Below are positions 46,337 to 55,617 of a stretch of 64,000 bases of DNA, piece after piece. The stretch covers positions 15,379 through 79,378 of the forward strand of contig JBBIUX010000002.1 of NCBI GenBank assembly GCA_037440025.1, written 5' to 3'. The number at the start of each line of letters is the position of its first letter. The first letter of the stretch is position 1. A program made the position numbers and the translations under genes. A model generated the notes under the pieces. That model had not been told where the DNA came from and made no database searches. It worked only from the letters and a program-made list of their open reading frames with translations. This stretch comes from Candidatus Fraserbacteria bacterium. Lineage in GTDB: Bacteria > Bipolaricaulota > Bipolaricaulia > RBG-16-55-9 > DRXL01.

Positions 46337-46482
46337 ACCTTGCTTGAGCAGCCTTGAACTCAGATGTATATACAAGAGAAGACACCAATCCAGCTTCATA
46401 ATGAGAGGGGGTGGTAGAAGCAAAGGAGTGTCCGTTGGGTGCTAGCTCAATACCTAAGCTCAAATACAAAGGAGGTTCGTGA

Positions 46483-48480
46483 ATGTTTAAATATTTGAAA
46501 GCCGTTAGTGTCGTCGCGTTGTTGGTTCTTTTCGTTGGGGTGGTGCTTTCCAGTCAGTCCAATTCAGTTGTTCAAGCGCAGGCGCAGAAGATATATAAGC
46601 TGGCGATCTTTGAGGACCTGACCAGCTTGAACAGCCTCGCTACGTTAGGCCCGAAGTCCACGGTGTGGAATTTCTACGTCCGCCTGAACGGGTGGGGACC
46701 GAGTTTGTTCGGGTTCTCTGACAAGTTCAATGATTACATTCCGGGTCTCGCCGACGTCAGCACCGAAGAAGAAGCACGCAAGATGGTCACCATTGGTGCG
46801 GACAAGACGGCGACCATCAAAATCAAGAAGGGCGTCAAGTGGTTCGACTCCAAGACCGGCAAGGAAATCGGCGAGCTGACGGCTGACGACGTCGTCTTCA
46901 GCTTTAACGCGATCATGGGAAAGAACCTCAAGGGCGAGGAAGCCTACAAGGGGATCACCCCGGTGAAGCTGGGCGGCAACTGGCCGGGAATTATTAACCC
47001 GGATTTCTTTGACCGCGCCGAAGTGATGGACAAGTACACGGTGAAGTTCTACTTGAAGGCCCAGTGCAGCTACGACGGCTGGGATGAGGGCTTGCTCTTC
47101 GCTCCGATCATTAGTAAAGCGTACTGGGAGCCGAAGTTCGAGGCTGCTGCCAAGGCTGCCGACCCCGTCAAGACCCTGTATGAAAATAAGGGTGATGACG
47201 AGCCCGTGGTCGGAGCTTGGCTGTTCCAAAAATGGGAGCCCGGGGCCTTCGCCGAATCTGCAGCGAATAAGAATCACTACTTCGCCGGTGCCAAGAGCGT
47301 CCGGCCCTACGCCGGCGGCTACACCGAGGAGAAGCCCGGTGTGTATAAGTACACGCACACAACCAAGACAGGCTTTCCCTATGACGGCGACCAGGGCTCG
47401 GCTATACTCGATAAAGATAAGCCGACCGTACGCCTGGAACTGACCAGTGGGCCGTTCGTAGACGCGACGCAGTGGCGCATCTTCGGCGATCAGGCCACGG
47501 CGGTCGCCGCGCTCATCAAGGGCGACGTGCACTTGATGTTGAACCCCTTAGGGGTCGCCGCAGGCTTCCGCAGTCAGCTCAAACAAACGGCGGGCGTCGC
47601 CATCGCGGAGAACGCGGGCAACGGCTTGTTCTACCTATCCTTCAACCTGCGCCGCGAGCCCTTCAGTGTGAAGGAGTTCCGTCAGGCCGTCTCCATCATG
47701 ATTGACCGTGAGTTCGTGAGCCAGCAGCTCTTGGCAGGTTTGGCCATCCCGACCTACGCCATCGTCCCGGCGGCGAACACCGCCTGGTACAATGGGAATG
47801 TCAAGAGACTGGGCGCTGGCCTCAAAGAAGCGGAGAAGGCCGACCAAGCGATCAAGCTGCTCAAGCAGGCCGGCTTCAGCTGGGATGTGGAGCCCAAGGC
47901 AGACATAGCTGCCAATAGGGTCACGCCGGGGCGCGGGCTCAAGTACAAGGGCCGAGCTGTCGCCCCCTTTGAGCTGCTGGCTCCGCACCAGGGCTATGAC
48001 CCCCTGCGCGCGACCTTTGCGCTGCACATCGAGGAGCGCCTCAATAAGATCGGCATCCCGCTCAAGGTCAACCTCACGGGTTTCAACACCATCGTCAGCC
48101 GCGTCTTCGATGACCAGAAGTTCGATGCCTGGATCTTGGGCTGGGGCCTAGGAGGCATGTTCCCCAGCTATCTGGTGAGCTTCTTCCACAGCGAGAACTC
48201 AGGCCTAGGCGGCCAAAACCCGCAGGGGTACAATAACCCAGAGTTCGATAAGATCGGCGATCAGTTCCGGGCCGCCTGTGAGCAGACCGAACTGAAAGCG
48301 CTGGCTTTCAAGATGCAGGAAATGCTTGCGGATGAGCTACCCTACGTGCCACTCTTCAACGCGCCGCTCTTTGAAGCCTTCCGAGCCGATGCCTTCGTAG
48401 GAAACCACATGCCGTATGAAAAGGTCCTCGACGGCATTCAAGGTACAAACGGCTTGATGGGGTATGTCCAACTCAAGTAG
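46483..48480 (+). CDS. Peptide ABC substrate-binding protein (family 5)
   Basis: IKKGVKWFD...LTADDVVFSF, FNLRREPF...FRQAVS, MQEMLADELPYVPLF. Confidence 0.92.
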   Translation: MFKYLKAVSVVALLVLFVGVVLSSQSNSVVQAQAQKIYKLAIFEDLTSLNSLATLGPKSTVWNFYVRLNGWGPSLFGFSDKFNDYIPGLADVSTEEEARKMVTIGADKTATIKIKKGVKWFDSKTGKEIGELTADDVVFSFNAIMGKNLKGEEAYKGITPVKLGGNWPGIINPDFFDRAEVMDKYTVKFYLKAQCSYDGWDEGLLFAPIISKAYWEPKFEAAAKAADPVKTLYENKGDDEPVVGAWLFQKWEPGAFAESAANKNHYFAGAKSVRPYAGGYTEEKPGVYKYTHTTKTGFPYDGDQGSAILDKDKPTVRLELTSGPFVDATQWRIFGDQATAVAALIKGDVHLMLNPLGVAAGFRSQLKQTAGVAIAENAGNGLFYLSFNLRREPFSVKEFRQAVSIMIDREFVSQQLLAGLAIPTYAIVPAANTAWYNGNVKRLGAGLKEAEKADQAIKLLKQAGFSWDVEPKADIAANRVTPGRGLKYKGRAVAPFELLAPHQGYDPLRATFALHIEERLNKIGIPLKVNLTGFNTIVSRVFDDQKFDAWILGWGLGGMFPSYLVSFFHSENSGLGGQNPQGYNNPEFDKIGDQFRAACEQTELKALAFKMQEMLADELPYVPLFNAPLFEAFRADAFVGNHMPYEKVLDGIQGTNGLMGYVQLK

Positions 48481-48497
48481 CACGTTTGTGTTGTTCT

Positions 48498-48539
48498 CTG
48501 GGGGTGAGGGCTTTCTTGCCCTCATCCCCAGGGTTCTTT
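48498..48539 (+). terminator. Stem-loop after the SBP gene (terminator or mRNA stabiliser)
   Basis: CTGGGGGTGAGGGC-tttctt-GCCCTCATCCCCAG then GGTTCTTT. Confidence 0.65.
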
Positions 48540-48594
48540 CACTGCTCACGCTACAAGCTCAAACACGCTGCGCTCAGAAAGGAGTCGGTAGCGT

Positions 48595-49941
48595 ATGAAA
48601 CGGATCTGGCAGGCCCTGACCAGCGGCATGGGGAAATTTATCAGCATACGCGTTCTTCAGATCATTTTGGTGCTCTATCTCTATATGACGTTGGTCTTTA
48701 TTATCCTGGAGGCTCAGCCGGGAGACATCTCAGACTTTTACGTAGGGGACCCTAAAATCACGCCTGAAGCCCGCGACGCCATTGTTCAACAGCTCGGCTT
48801 AGACAAACCTATCTTGGAGCGTTACTTCGATTATCTGAAGAACTTCATGACGGGCCATCTCGGCTGCTCTTTCAAGTTTGGGAACATCCGTGATACGCCG
48901 GATCCTATCTGTCGCGAGCAGCGCCCCACCTGGGACCTCATCAAGGAGCGCCTGCCTCGGACGGTTGTGCTCTTTCTGACCTATACTATTGTCTCGTTTT
49001 ATATTGGGTTCTTCATGGGAAAGTTGATCGCCTGGCGCCGTGGTGCGATTGTCGAGTACTTCTCGACGGTCGTGGGCGTTGTGCTCTTTACGGTCTTCAC
49101 GCCGTGGTTTGCCCTGCTCTTGGTCTGGCTCTTTGCTGTCAATTTTGGGGTTGTGCCTATCGGCGGATTCATCAACCCCGATACCTGGACGAATGTGCAG
49201 CAGATCGGAGCAACAGCTTGTGGGGTCGGCATCAGCTGCACCAATATCGTTTTCAATACGATGCTCTTGTGGCTCGGCGGCCTGACGCTCTTTTGTGGCG
49301 GGGCCTATCTCTGGAGCCGACGTTTGACGTACCCGTGGCAGCAACAAGCAGTGCGGTGGGGCGCCTTAGCCATCGGCTTCGTGGTGCTCGGACTCTTTTT
49401 TGGGGGAGGCTGGCCGGGTGTTAGTACCCAGGCGGTCATCGTCAGGGAAACAAAGTTCTGGTTCTTCATTTGGCATTTTTCCATGCCCGCCGGGGTTATA
49501 CCGCTCTTCCCCTTGGTGTTCGATTTCGTGCAACACATGCTCCTGCCGATCTTGACACTCACTTTGATCTCGTTCGCCGGCACTATGTTGCTGATGCGAA
49601 ATACCATGTTGGAGACCATGCGGGAAGACTACGTGATGGCTGCCAAGGCCAAGGGCTTACCCGATCACGTTGTGCGGGACAAGCACGCTGCCCGTAATGC
49701 GCTGCTCCCGGTCGTCACCAGTTTGATCTTCGCTATTGCTTTCTCGGTAGACGGCGGGGTCTTCACCGAGACGATCTTCTCCTGGCAGGGAATGGGCCAG
49801 CTCTTGCTGCAAAGCGCGCTGGATCATGATTATCCCGTCGCTATTGGCTCGCTGGTCTTCACCGGGGTCTTCGCGTTGATCGCCCATCTTGTGGCTGATA
49901 TACTCTATGCCTATCTGGACCCGCGCATCCGCTATGATTAA
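48595..49941 (+). CDS. Peptide ABC permease (OppB-like, with extra TM insert)
   Basis: LGLDKP, HMLLPILTL, AAKAKGL, LDPRIR. Confidence 0.92.
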   Translation: MKRIWQALTSGMGKFISIRVLQIILVLYLYMTLVFIILEAQPGDISDFYVGDPKITPEARDAIVQQLGLDKPILERYFDYLKNFMTGHLGCSFKFGNIRDTPDPICREQRPTWDLIKERLPRTVVLFLTYTIVSFYIGFFMGKLIAWRRGAIVEYFSTVVGVVLFTVFTPWFALLLVWLFAVNFGVVPIGGFINPDTWTNVQQIGATACGVGISCTNIVFNTMLLWLGGLTLFCGGAYLWSRRLTYPWQQQAVRWGALAIGFVVLGLFFGGGWPGVSTQAVIVRETKFWFFIWHFSMPAGVIPLFPLVFDFVQHMLLPILTLTLISFAGTMLLMRNTMLETMREDYVMAAKAKGLPDHVVRDKHAARNALLPVVTSLIFAIAFSVDGGVFTETIFSWQGMGQLLLQSALDHDYPVAIGSLVFTGVFALIAHLVADILYAYLDPRIRYD

Positions 49942-49985
49942 AATACAAGCTGCATTCCGCAAACAGAAGGGAGAATAGATACTGT

Positions 49986-51014
49986 ATGCAGGCCGCTCCG
50001 ACTTTTGAACCTGCTGAGGCGCTCTGGCGCGTTCGCCTTCATTTGCTTGGGCGAGGGCTTGCGGGCAGCTGGGCCATGTTCGCCGAAAGCAAGATCGGTC
50101 TGACCGGCTTTGGAATTATTGTCTTCTTTGCTCTCTTTGGGCTGCTCTGGCCAATCTACCCTTGGTTGATGGAGCACGTGGCCTGGACGCAAGAAGAACT
50201 CGAAGCCGCCCGCACCGTTCCGTACGGCGCCATCAGCAGTATTTATCAAGTCTACGATCCGGTGAATGGGTATGATCCGCTCATCCCCGGGGTGGAGAAC
50301 CCCACTGCACCTTCCCGTCGGCACCCTTTGGGCACCAATCAATTCGGTCGTGATATTCTCGCCCAACTGATGGCCAGCACGGGGTCAGAATTTATGTTAG
50401 GGGTTTTAGCGGCCTTGATCACCGTGATCATTGGGACCTTGGTCGGGGCCATCGCCGCATACTATGGAGGCATCGTAGATACGTTTTTCATGCGCCTGGC
50501 CGACGTCTTCATTCTCTTTCCCTTGATCTCTTTTTTGATTGTTCTGGGCTCGATGATCGAGCTGACGCTCTTGAAATTAGCCTTCATTCTGGGGATCTTC
50601 TTCGGCTTCGGCCAGATTACGGTGATCTTGAAATCTCAGGCGTTGGCCGTGAAGGTCAAGCCCTATATCGAAGCAGCACGAGTCGCCGGTGGGGGACACT
50701 TCCATATCATCTTCCGACATATCATTCCCAACCTTCTGCCGCTCTCGTTCTTGTATATGATGTTCAACGTTACCAGTGCGATCTTTTCCGAAGCCGCGCT
50801 CTCATTCTTTGGGTTGCTGCCCGGGGTGAAAATAAGTTGGGGGATCATGATTGAGAGTGCCCACACTCTAGGATATATCCTAGGAGGGCGATCGTTCCAA
50901 AACTGGTGGCTGTGGATGCCTCCGGGCGTGGCTATCACGCTATTGTGTTCTGCGTTCTATCTCGTGGGGCGGGGCTTAGACGAAGTGGTAAACCCCCGCT
51001 TGCGCAAGAGGTGA
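49986..51014 (+). CDS. Peptide ABC permease (OppC-like)
   Basis: HPLGTNQFGRD, RHIIPN, EAALSFFG, NPRLR. Confidence 0.92.
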   Translation: MQAAPTFEPAEALWRVRLHLLGRGLAGSWAMFAESKIGLTGFGIIVFFALFGLLWPIYPWLMEHVAWTQEELEAARTVPYGAISSIYQVYDPVNGYDPLIPGVENPTAPSRRHPLGTNQFGRDILAQLMASTGSEFMLGVLAALITVIIGTLVGAIAAYYGGIVDTFFMRLADVFILFPLISFLIVLGSMIELTLLKLAFILGIFFGFGQITVILKSQALAVKVKPYIEAARVAGGGHFHIIFRHIIPNLLPLSFLYMMFNVTSAIFSEAALSFFGLLPGVKISWGIMIESAHTLGYILGGRSFQNWWLWMPPGVAITLLCSAFYLVGRGLDEVVNPRLRKR

Positions 51015-51018
51015 AATA

Positions 51019-52182
51019 GTGTTACAACAGACAGAAAAAACCTATCCCGTCTTGCAAGTTGAGCATTTGACGATGCACTATACCACCCGCAAGGGCGCAG
51101 TCAAAGCCGTTGAAAACGTCAGTTTTTCTCTTGATAAGGGAGAGGCCTTGGGGTTAGTGGGCGAGTCCGGCTGCGGCAAGACTTCGGTTGCCTTGACGCT
51201 GCTGCGCCTCCTGCCGGAAAACGCCCAGTTCTTAGGCGGGCACGTCTATTTCTTCCGCGACGGCCACGACGAAGCACACGGAAAGCGCTCGCTAGGCAAA
51301 CCAGTGAAACTGTTATTAGATGGCCAAGAACACCGTGGCCGGTTGCTTGAACTGAACAGATCTCAGATCGTCCTCGACACGCGTGTCAACGGGCGGATGC
51401 AACAGATGCGCTTCGGGCGGGATGACACTGCACGCTTGGGGGTTGATCTCACCGCGCTCAGCGATGACGAGATGCGCCCCATCCGCTGGAAGGGCATTTC
51501 GATGATCTTCCAAGCGGCCATGAACTCGCTCAATCCTGTCTACAAGGTCGGAGACCAAATTATTGAAGCCCTGCGCACGCATATGCCCATCTCAGTTCCT
51601 GACGCTCACGAGCGGGTGGCCGAGCTCTTTCAGTTGGTAGGGTTGGATCGCCAGCTGATAGATCGCTACCCCCATGAGTATTCGGGGGGCATGAAACAGC
51701 GCGCAGTGATCGCCATGGCGCTCGCCTGCGACCCAGATGTTATTATTGCCGATGAGCCCACGACGGCCCTAGACGTAATCGTCCAAGATAAGATTCTGCG
51801 CGAGATGCGCCAGATTCAGAAAAAGCTCAATATGAGCATGATGTATATCTCGCACGATATCGCAGTTATTGCTGAAGTTGCAGACAAAGTCGGGGTCATG
51901 TACGGCGGTGGATTGGTCGAATTCGGTCCATCAGAAACGATCTTTAAGCAACCGCTCCATCCGTATACAAAAGCACTGATGTCGGCCTTTCCGTCTATCA
52001 GTGGGGAGAAGGTGAAGCTGGCAGCGCTGCCCGGCGAACCCCCAGATTTGATTAAGCCCCCCTTAGGGTGTCGTTTTCATCCGCGCTGTCCCTACGCGAC
52101 AGAGATCTGTGAACGGGAAGTCCCCCAGTTTAGAGAGCACAAACCGGGCCAGCACGCGGCTTGCTGGAACCCCTTGAGCTGA
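51019..52182 (+). CDS. oppD: Peptide ABC ATPase (OppD-like) with ~60-aa insertion
   Basis: [38 protein letters not shown]. Confidence 0.92.
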   Translation: MLQQTEKTYPVLQVEHLTMHYTTRKGAVKAVENVSFSLDKGEALGLVGESGCGKTSVALTLLRLLPENAQFLGGHVYFFRDGHDEAHGKRSLGKPVKLLLDGQEHRGRLLELNRSQIVLDTRVNGRMQQMRFGRDDTARLGVDLTALSDDEMRPIRWKGISMIFQAAMNSLNPVYKVGDQIIEALRTHMPISVPDAHERVAELFQLVGLDRQLIDRYPHEYSGGMKQRAVIAMALACDPDVIIADEPTTALDVIVQDKILREMRQIQKKLNMSMMYISHDIAVIAEVADKVGVMYGGGLVEFGPSETIFKQPLHPYTKALMSAFPSISGEKVKLAALPGEPPDLIKPPLGCRFHPRCPYATEICEREVPQFREHKPGQHAACWNPLS

Positions 52183-52213
52183 TTAAGCTTACAAAAGCTC
52201 TAGAAACAATCAG

Positions 52214-53275
52214 GTGATCATGGTGGCCATACAAATGCAGACGAAGACAGAAACCCTCGTGCGTGTTGAGCAATTGCGGAAGCTGTATCCAGTGACGGCA
52301 GGGGTCTTTGCGCGTGCGCGAAGCTTCATCCATGCGGTTGACGACGTGAATTTTGAGCTCACCCGTGGGGAGATTTTTGGACTGATCGGCGAATCTGGCT
52401 GCGGTAAGACCACTACAGGGAAATTACTCGTCCGGCTCATAGACCCGACCTCTGGGCATATTCATCTACGAGTGAATCAGACGGAGGAGTCTTCTCCTTC
52501 GACGGACTCGCAGCCCTCCGGAACTCATTTCATTGATATCGCGACGTTGGAGGGTCGGCCGCTGAAAGAATTTCGTCGCAACGTACAGATGATCTTTCAG
52601 GACCCTTATGAATCGCTCAACCCCCGTATGACGATCTTTGATATCATCGCTGAACCACTCGGCATTCATGGCATCGGCAGCGTCTATGAGCGCGAGGAAC
52701 GGGTGGCGGAGTTGTTGGGCCTGGTGGGGCTGACACCTCCAGCGAGCTTTCTCTTTCGCTATCCTCATGAGCTTTCGGGGGGTCAACGGCAGCGCATCGC
52801 CATCGCGCGAGCTATGATCCTCAACCCCAGCTTTATTGTCGCCGATGAGCCCACTTCTATGCTGGATGTCTCCATTCGCACGGGGGTCATGAACTTGATG
52901 CTTGACCTACGAGAGGAGTTCGGCATTAGCTATCTCTATATCACACACGACTTGGCGGTCGCCCGCTATATGTGTGACAGAATCGCCGTGATGTATCTGG
53001 GCAAGATCGTCGAGCTGGGTCCCACGGAAGAAGTCATTCACAATCCGCTCCACCCCTACACGCGCGCTCTCATTTCTGCTGTGCCCATTCCCGACCCTGC
53101 CGTGGAGCGCCAGCCCATTGAGATCAAGGGCGGCGTGAGCAAGCCCATCGATCCAGCTCCCCGATGTCGCTTCTATGAGCGCTGTCCCATCGCCACGGAG
53201 CGCTGTGCCCAACAAGACCACCCTCCGGTGGAAGACAAGGGCAACGGCCACTTTGCGGCTTGTTATGAAATCTGA
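52214..53275 (+). CDS. oppF: Peptide ABC ATPase (OppF-like)
   Basis: [37 protein letters not shown]. Confidence 0.92.
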   Translation: MIMVAIQMQTKTETLVRVEQLRKLYPVTAGVFARARSFIHAVDDVNFELTRGEIFGLIGESGCGKTTTGKLLVRLIDPTSGHIHLRVNQTEESSPSTDSQPSGTHFIDIATLEGRPLKEFRRNVQMIFQDPYESLNPRMTIFDIIAEPLGIHGIGSVYEREERVAELLGLVGLTPPASFLFRYPHELSGGQRQRIAIARAMILNPSFIVADEPTSMLDVSIRTGVMNLMLDLREEFGISYLYITHDLAVARYMCDRIAVMYLGKIVELGPTEEVIHNPLHPYTRALISAVPIPDPAVERQPIEIKGGVSKPIDPAPRCRFYERCPIATERCAQQDHPPVEDKGNGHFAACYEI

Positions 53276-53807
53276 ACAGAGATCATGGCGTCAACTAGCA
53301 GGCTTAGGACTGCTAGCGATGCTGCTCATGGTATCGTTAGCGCTTCTTTACTTAACCGAGAGCAGCTATGGAGCCTTTCGCCAAGCTCTCCAGCAGATTC
53401 AGTTTGACATAGACTTGACAGACCATTCAGAATTACCCCAGCAGCAGGTCCGCTTGCAGTGGGTAGTCACGGTGACGATGCCCACGGTGAAGATTCTCGC
53501 CCAGCTGGAGCTGTTGGACTGGCACCTGAGAAGCGCTGACGGGAGCGTCCATCTGGGGTTTTATACGAGCAAAGATATAGAGATAGAGCTTCCTGCGGGA
53601 AAAGAGACCGAGGTCCCCCTGGAGGCCGTGCTCACAGGGTCGAACGTCGAAGAGCTCCAGCAGCTCAGACAAACAGTCCCAAACGAAGAAGCTGTGATGT
53701 TGCTCTTTCAGGGCACTGCCCTCGTCATGTTTCAGTTACCCCAAGGTCAAGTGCGCAAAAAAATCCCGGTCATGGGCAGCTTCACTCTGAATGCGGAGGG
53801 AGAGTGA
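53265..53807 (+). CDS. Hypothetical membrane-anchored protein (LEA2-like beta-sandwich possible)
   Basis: Overlaps the oppF end; N-terminal TM helix then beta-rich domain. Confidence 0.6.
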   Translation: MKSEQRSWRQLAGLGLLAMLLMVSLALLYLTESSYGAFRQALQQIQFDIDLTDHSELPQQQVRLQWVVTVTMPTVKILAQLELLDWHLRSADGSVHLGFYTSKDIEIELPAGKETEVPLEAVLTGSNVEELQQLRQTVPNEEAVMLLFQGTALVMFQLPQGQVRKKIPVMGSFTLNAEGE

Positions 53808-53810
53808 GCC

Positions 53811-54191
53811 GTGGGAAGGGTCCGTGAACTCGTGCGGTTGCTCGTGATAGCTTTCGTTGCGGGTGTCGCGGCTGGGGCCAGCTCCGCCCTACAAGCAGGA
53901 GAGTTTCTTGAGTTCTCTCCTGTGCCCAGCAGCATAGCGTATGTGCTCGTCCTACTGGTGGGACTCAGCGTGGGTTTGTTGGTCAAGGGCGTGCAGGAGG
54001 GGCTATTGATGGGAATCCTGATTACGATCATCGGCACGGGCACGCTCTTTTTAGCTGTGTATCTGCCGAACATAGAGATTGCGACCACGGCACCAGAACT
54101 GATCTTACGCTCCATTTGGTGGGGGGGTATGTCAGTATTTTTTTTGACGTTGATCGGCGTCTTTGTGGGCCGCATTTTTTCCGGTGAATAG
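53811..54191 (+). CDS. Small 4-TM hypothetical membrane protein
   Basis: Hydrophobic 126-aa ORF in operon position. Confidence 0.7.
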   Translation: MGRVRELVRLLVIAFVAGVAAGASSALQAGEFLEFSPVPSSIAYVLVLLVGLSVGLLVKGVQEGLLMGILITIIGTGTLFLAVYLPNIEIATTAPELILRSIWWGGMSVFFLTLIGVFVGRIFSGE

Positions 54192-54683
54192 ACAGATAAC
54201 CCAGCGTTCAATTGGCCTTCTAAGCTTAGCCCATACCGAATCAGTTTGCGGACTGACGGGAGCAACTAAGATCGCATAGACCCCGGCACGCCTAGCTCCC
54301 CAGATGTCTGTGAACAACTGGTCTCCAACCATGACCGTCTGTTCTTTGGTGCCCTGCAAGAGCTTGATTATTCTGTTATACCCGCGAGTGCTGGGTTTAT
54401 GAGCATCCCACACGAGGGGCCATGCGCTTAGCTGTTCCTTGAGCACGCTGCGGTTCTCACCCATATCGTTGCTGAGAAATCCGAGGGCAAACCCGCGGGA
54501 GCTCAGATTGTTCAGCAAATATCGAACTTGCTTATCAATTTCCACGCAGCCCCACGCCCCCAATGTGTTATCTATGTCAAAGACCAACGCCCGATATCCA
54601 GCACGCCAGAGGTGCTCGTAGTCAATCTGATGAACTGAGAGATATATCTCGTTGGGGCGGAGATTCTTCAACAGGCGCTTCAC
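54132..54683 (-). CDS. YqeG-family HAD IIIA phosphatase
   Basis: FDIDNTL, LSN, AHKP, MVGDQLFTDIWGA. Confidence 0.92.
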   Translation of the reverse strand: MKRLLKNLRPNEIYLSVHQIDYEHLWRAGYRALVFDIDNTLGAWGCVEIDKQVRYLLNNLSSRGFALGFLSNDMGENRSVLKEQLSAWPLVWDAHKPSTRGYNRIIKLLQGTKEQTVMVGDQLFTDIWGARRAGVYAILVAPVSPQTDSVWAKLRRPIERWVICLFTGKNAAHKDADQRQKKY

Positions 54684-54943
54684 GATTCCAAGAATGAATC
54701 TCCAACAAAGATGTAGTTTCGCAGCGTCTCTAAAACGCGCTGGACTTCTGGCCAGAAATCTGGAGAGACATAATTTTTATAATAGAGCTTGCCGTTGAGC
54801 AATTTCACATCGCGCCGCGGATTGACCATATTGTTAAAAGCTTTCAGGGCACTGTCAAAAAAGTGTACGTCCTTCTCTTGGAGTTCGACATAGAGTGTGA
54901 AAGCCTCCGTGATCGGGGGAGGCAAGTCATTTAGATCGAGCAT
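54680..54943 (-). CDS. Small protein, DUF4911-like
   Basis: LYVELQEKDVHFF...VSPDFWPEVQRVLETL resembles DUF4911; start chosen at MLDLND. Confidence 0.6.
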   Translation of the reverse strand: MLDLNDLPPPITEAFTLYVELQEKDVHFFDSALKAFNNMVNPRRDVKLLNGKLYYKNYVSPDFWPEVQRVLETLRNYIFVGDSFLES

Positions 54944-55598
54944 GGACGTTAGTATCTGCAAATCTTTTTTCGCTCTCTTGGGCAAATTTCGCGTTGGTAC
55001 GCTTGAGCGCCAGCTCCGGATCGAGATTGAGTTCTCGCGCCCGAACGACGATCTCAAAGAGCAGTTCTCCCAAATATCCTTCGTTAGGCTCATCGAGCAG
55101 TGCCCGCACGGATTCCGAAGGGCGAACAGATAGCTCTTTGTGTGTTTGAGTAGCTCGCTCTTGGAGTTTGCGCGCTTCGATCAAGGCAGGAAGAGCCGTC
55201 TTCACAGTAAGACGCTTGCCCTCGCTGCGCTTGATCTCCTCCCAACGCCCTTTGATCTTATCCACATCTTGTGTCGCTTCCGGCCCGAAGACATGGGGAT
55301 GCCGACGAATTATTTTATCATAAATCCCTTGGAGCACGTCCTCAAGGGCAAAGCTTCCCTGCTCTTGAGCAATCTGAACATGAAACGCGATGTGCAGCAA
55401 GAGATCGCCCAGCTCGTCTTTCAGCTCGGCCATGTCGCCGGATTCGATGGCTGCGACAGTCTCATACGCCTCTTCAATCAGAAGACTTTTCAAAGAGTCA
55501 TGGGTTTGAGCGCGATCCCAGGGGCAGCCGCGCTCAGAGCGCAGGTGTGCTATGAGTTCTACCAGTGTACGCAGTTCCACTCCTGGGCGCGATCTCAT
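54927..55598 (-). CDS. mazG: MazG nucleoside triphosphate pyrophosphohydrolase
   Basis: LRSERGCPWDRAQT, EEAYE, ELGDLL, RRHPHVFG. Confidence 0.93.
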   Translation of the reverse strand: MRSRPGVELRTLVELIAHLRSERGCPWDRAQTHDSLKSLLIEEAYETVAAIESGDMAELKDELGDLLLHIAFHVQIAQEQGSFALEDVLQGIYDKIIRRHPHVFGPEATQDVDKIKGRWEEIKRSEGKRLTVKTALPALIEARKLQERATQTHKELSVRPSESVRALLDEPNEGYLGELLFEIVVRARELNLDPELALKRTNAKFAQESEKRFADTNVHARSK

Positions 55599-55617
55599 GC
55601 TCTCTCGAATGCACTCT

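Noticed and set aside
51256-51438. Intein in OppD
   Set aside because: Too short and lacks the N-terminal Cys/Ser and C-terminal His-Asn splice motifs
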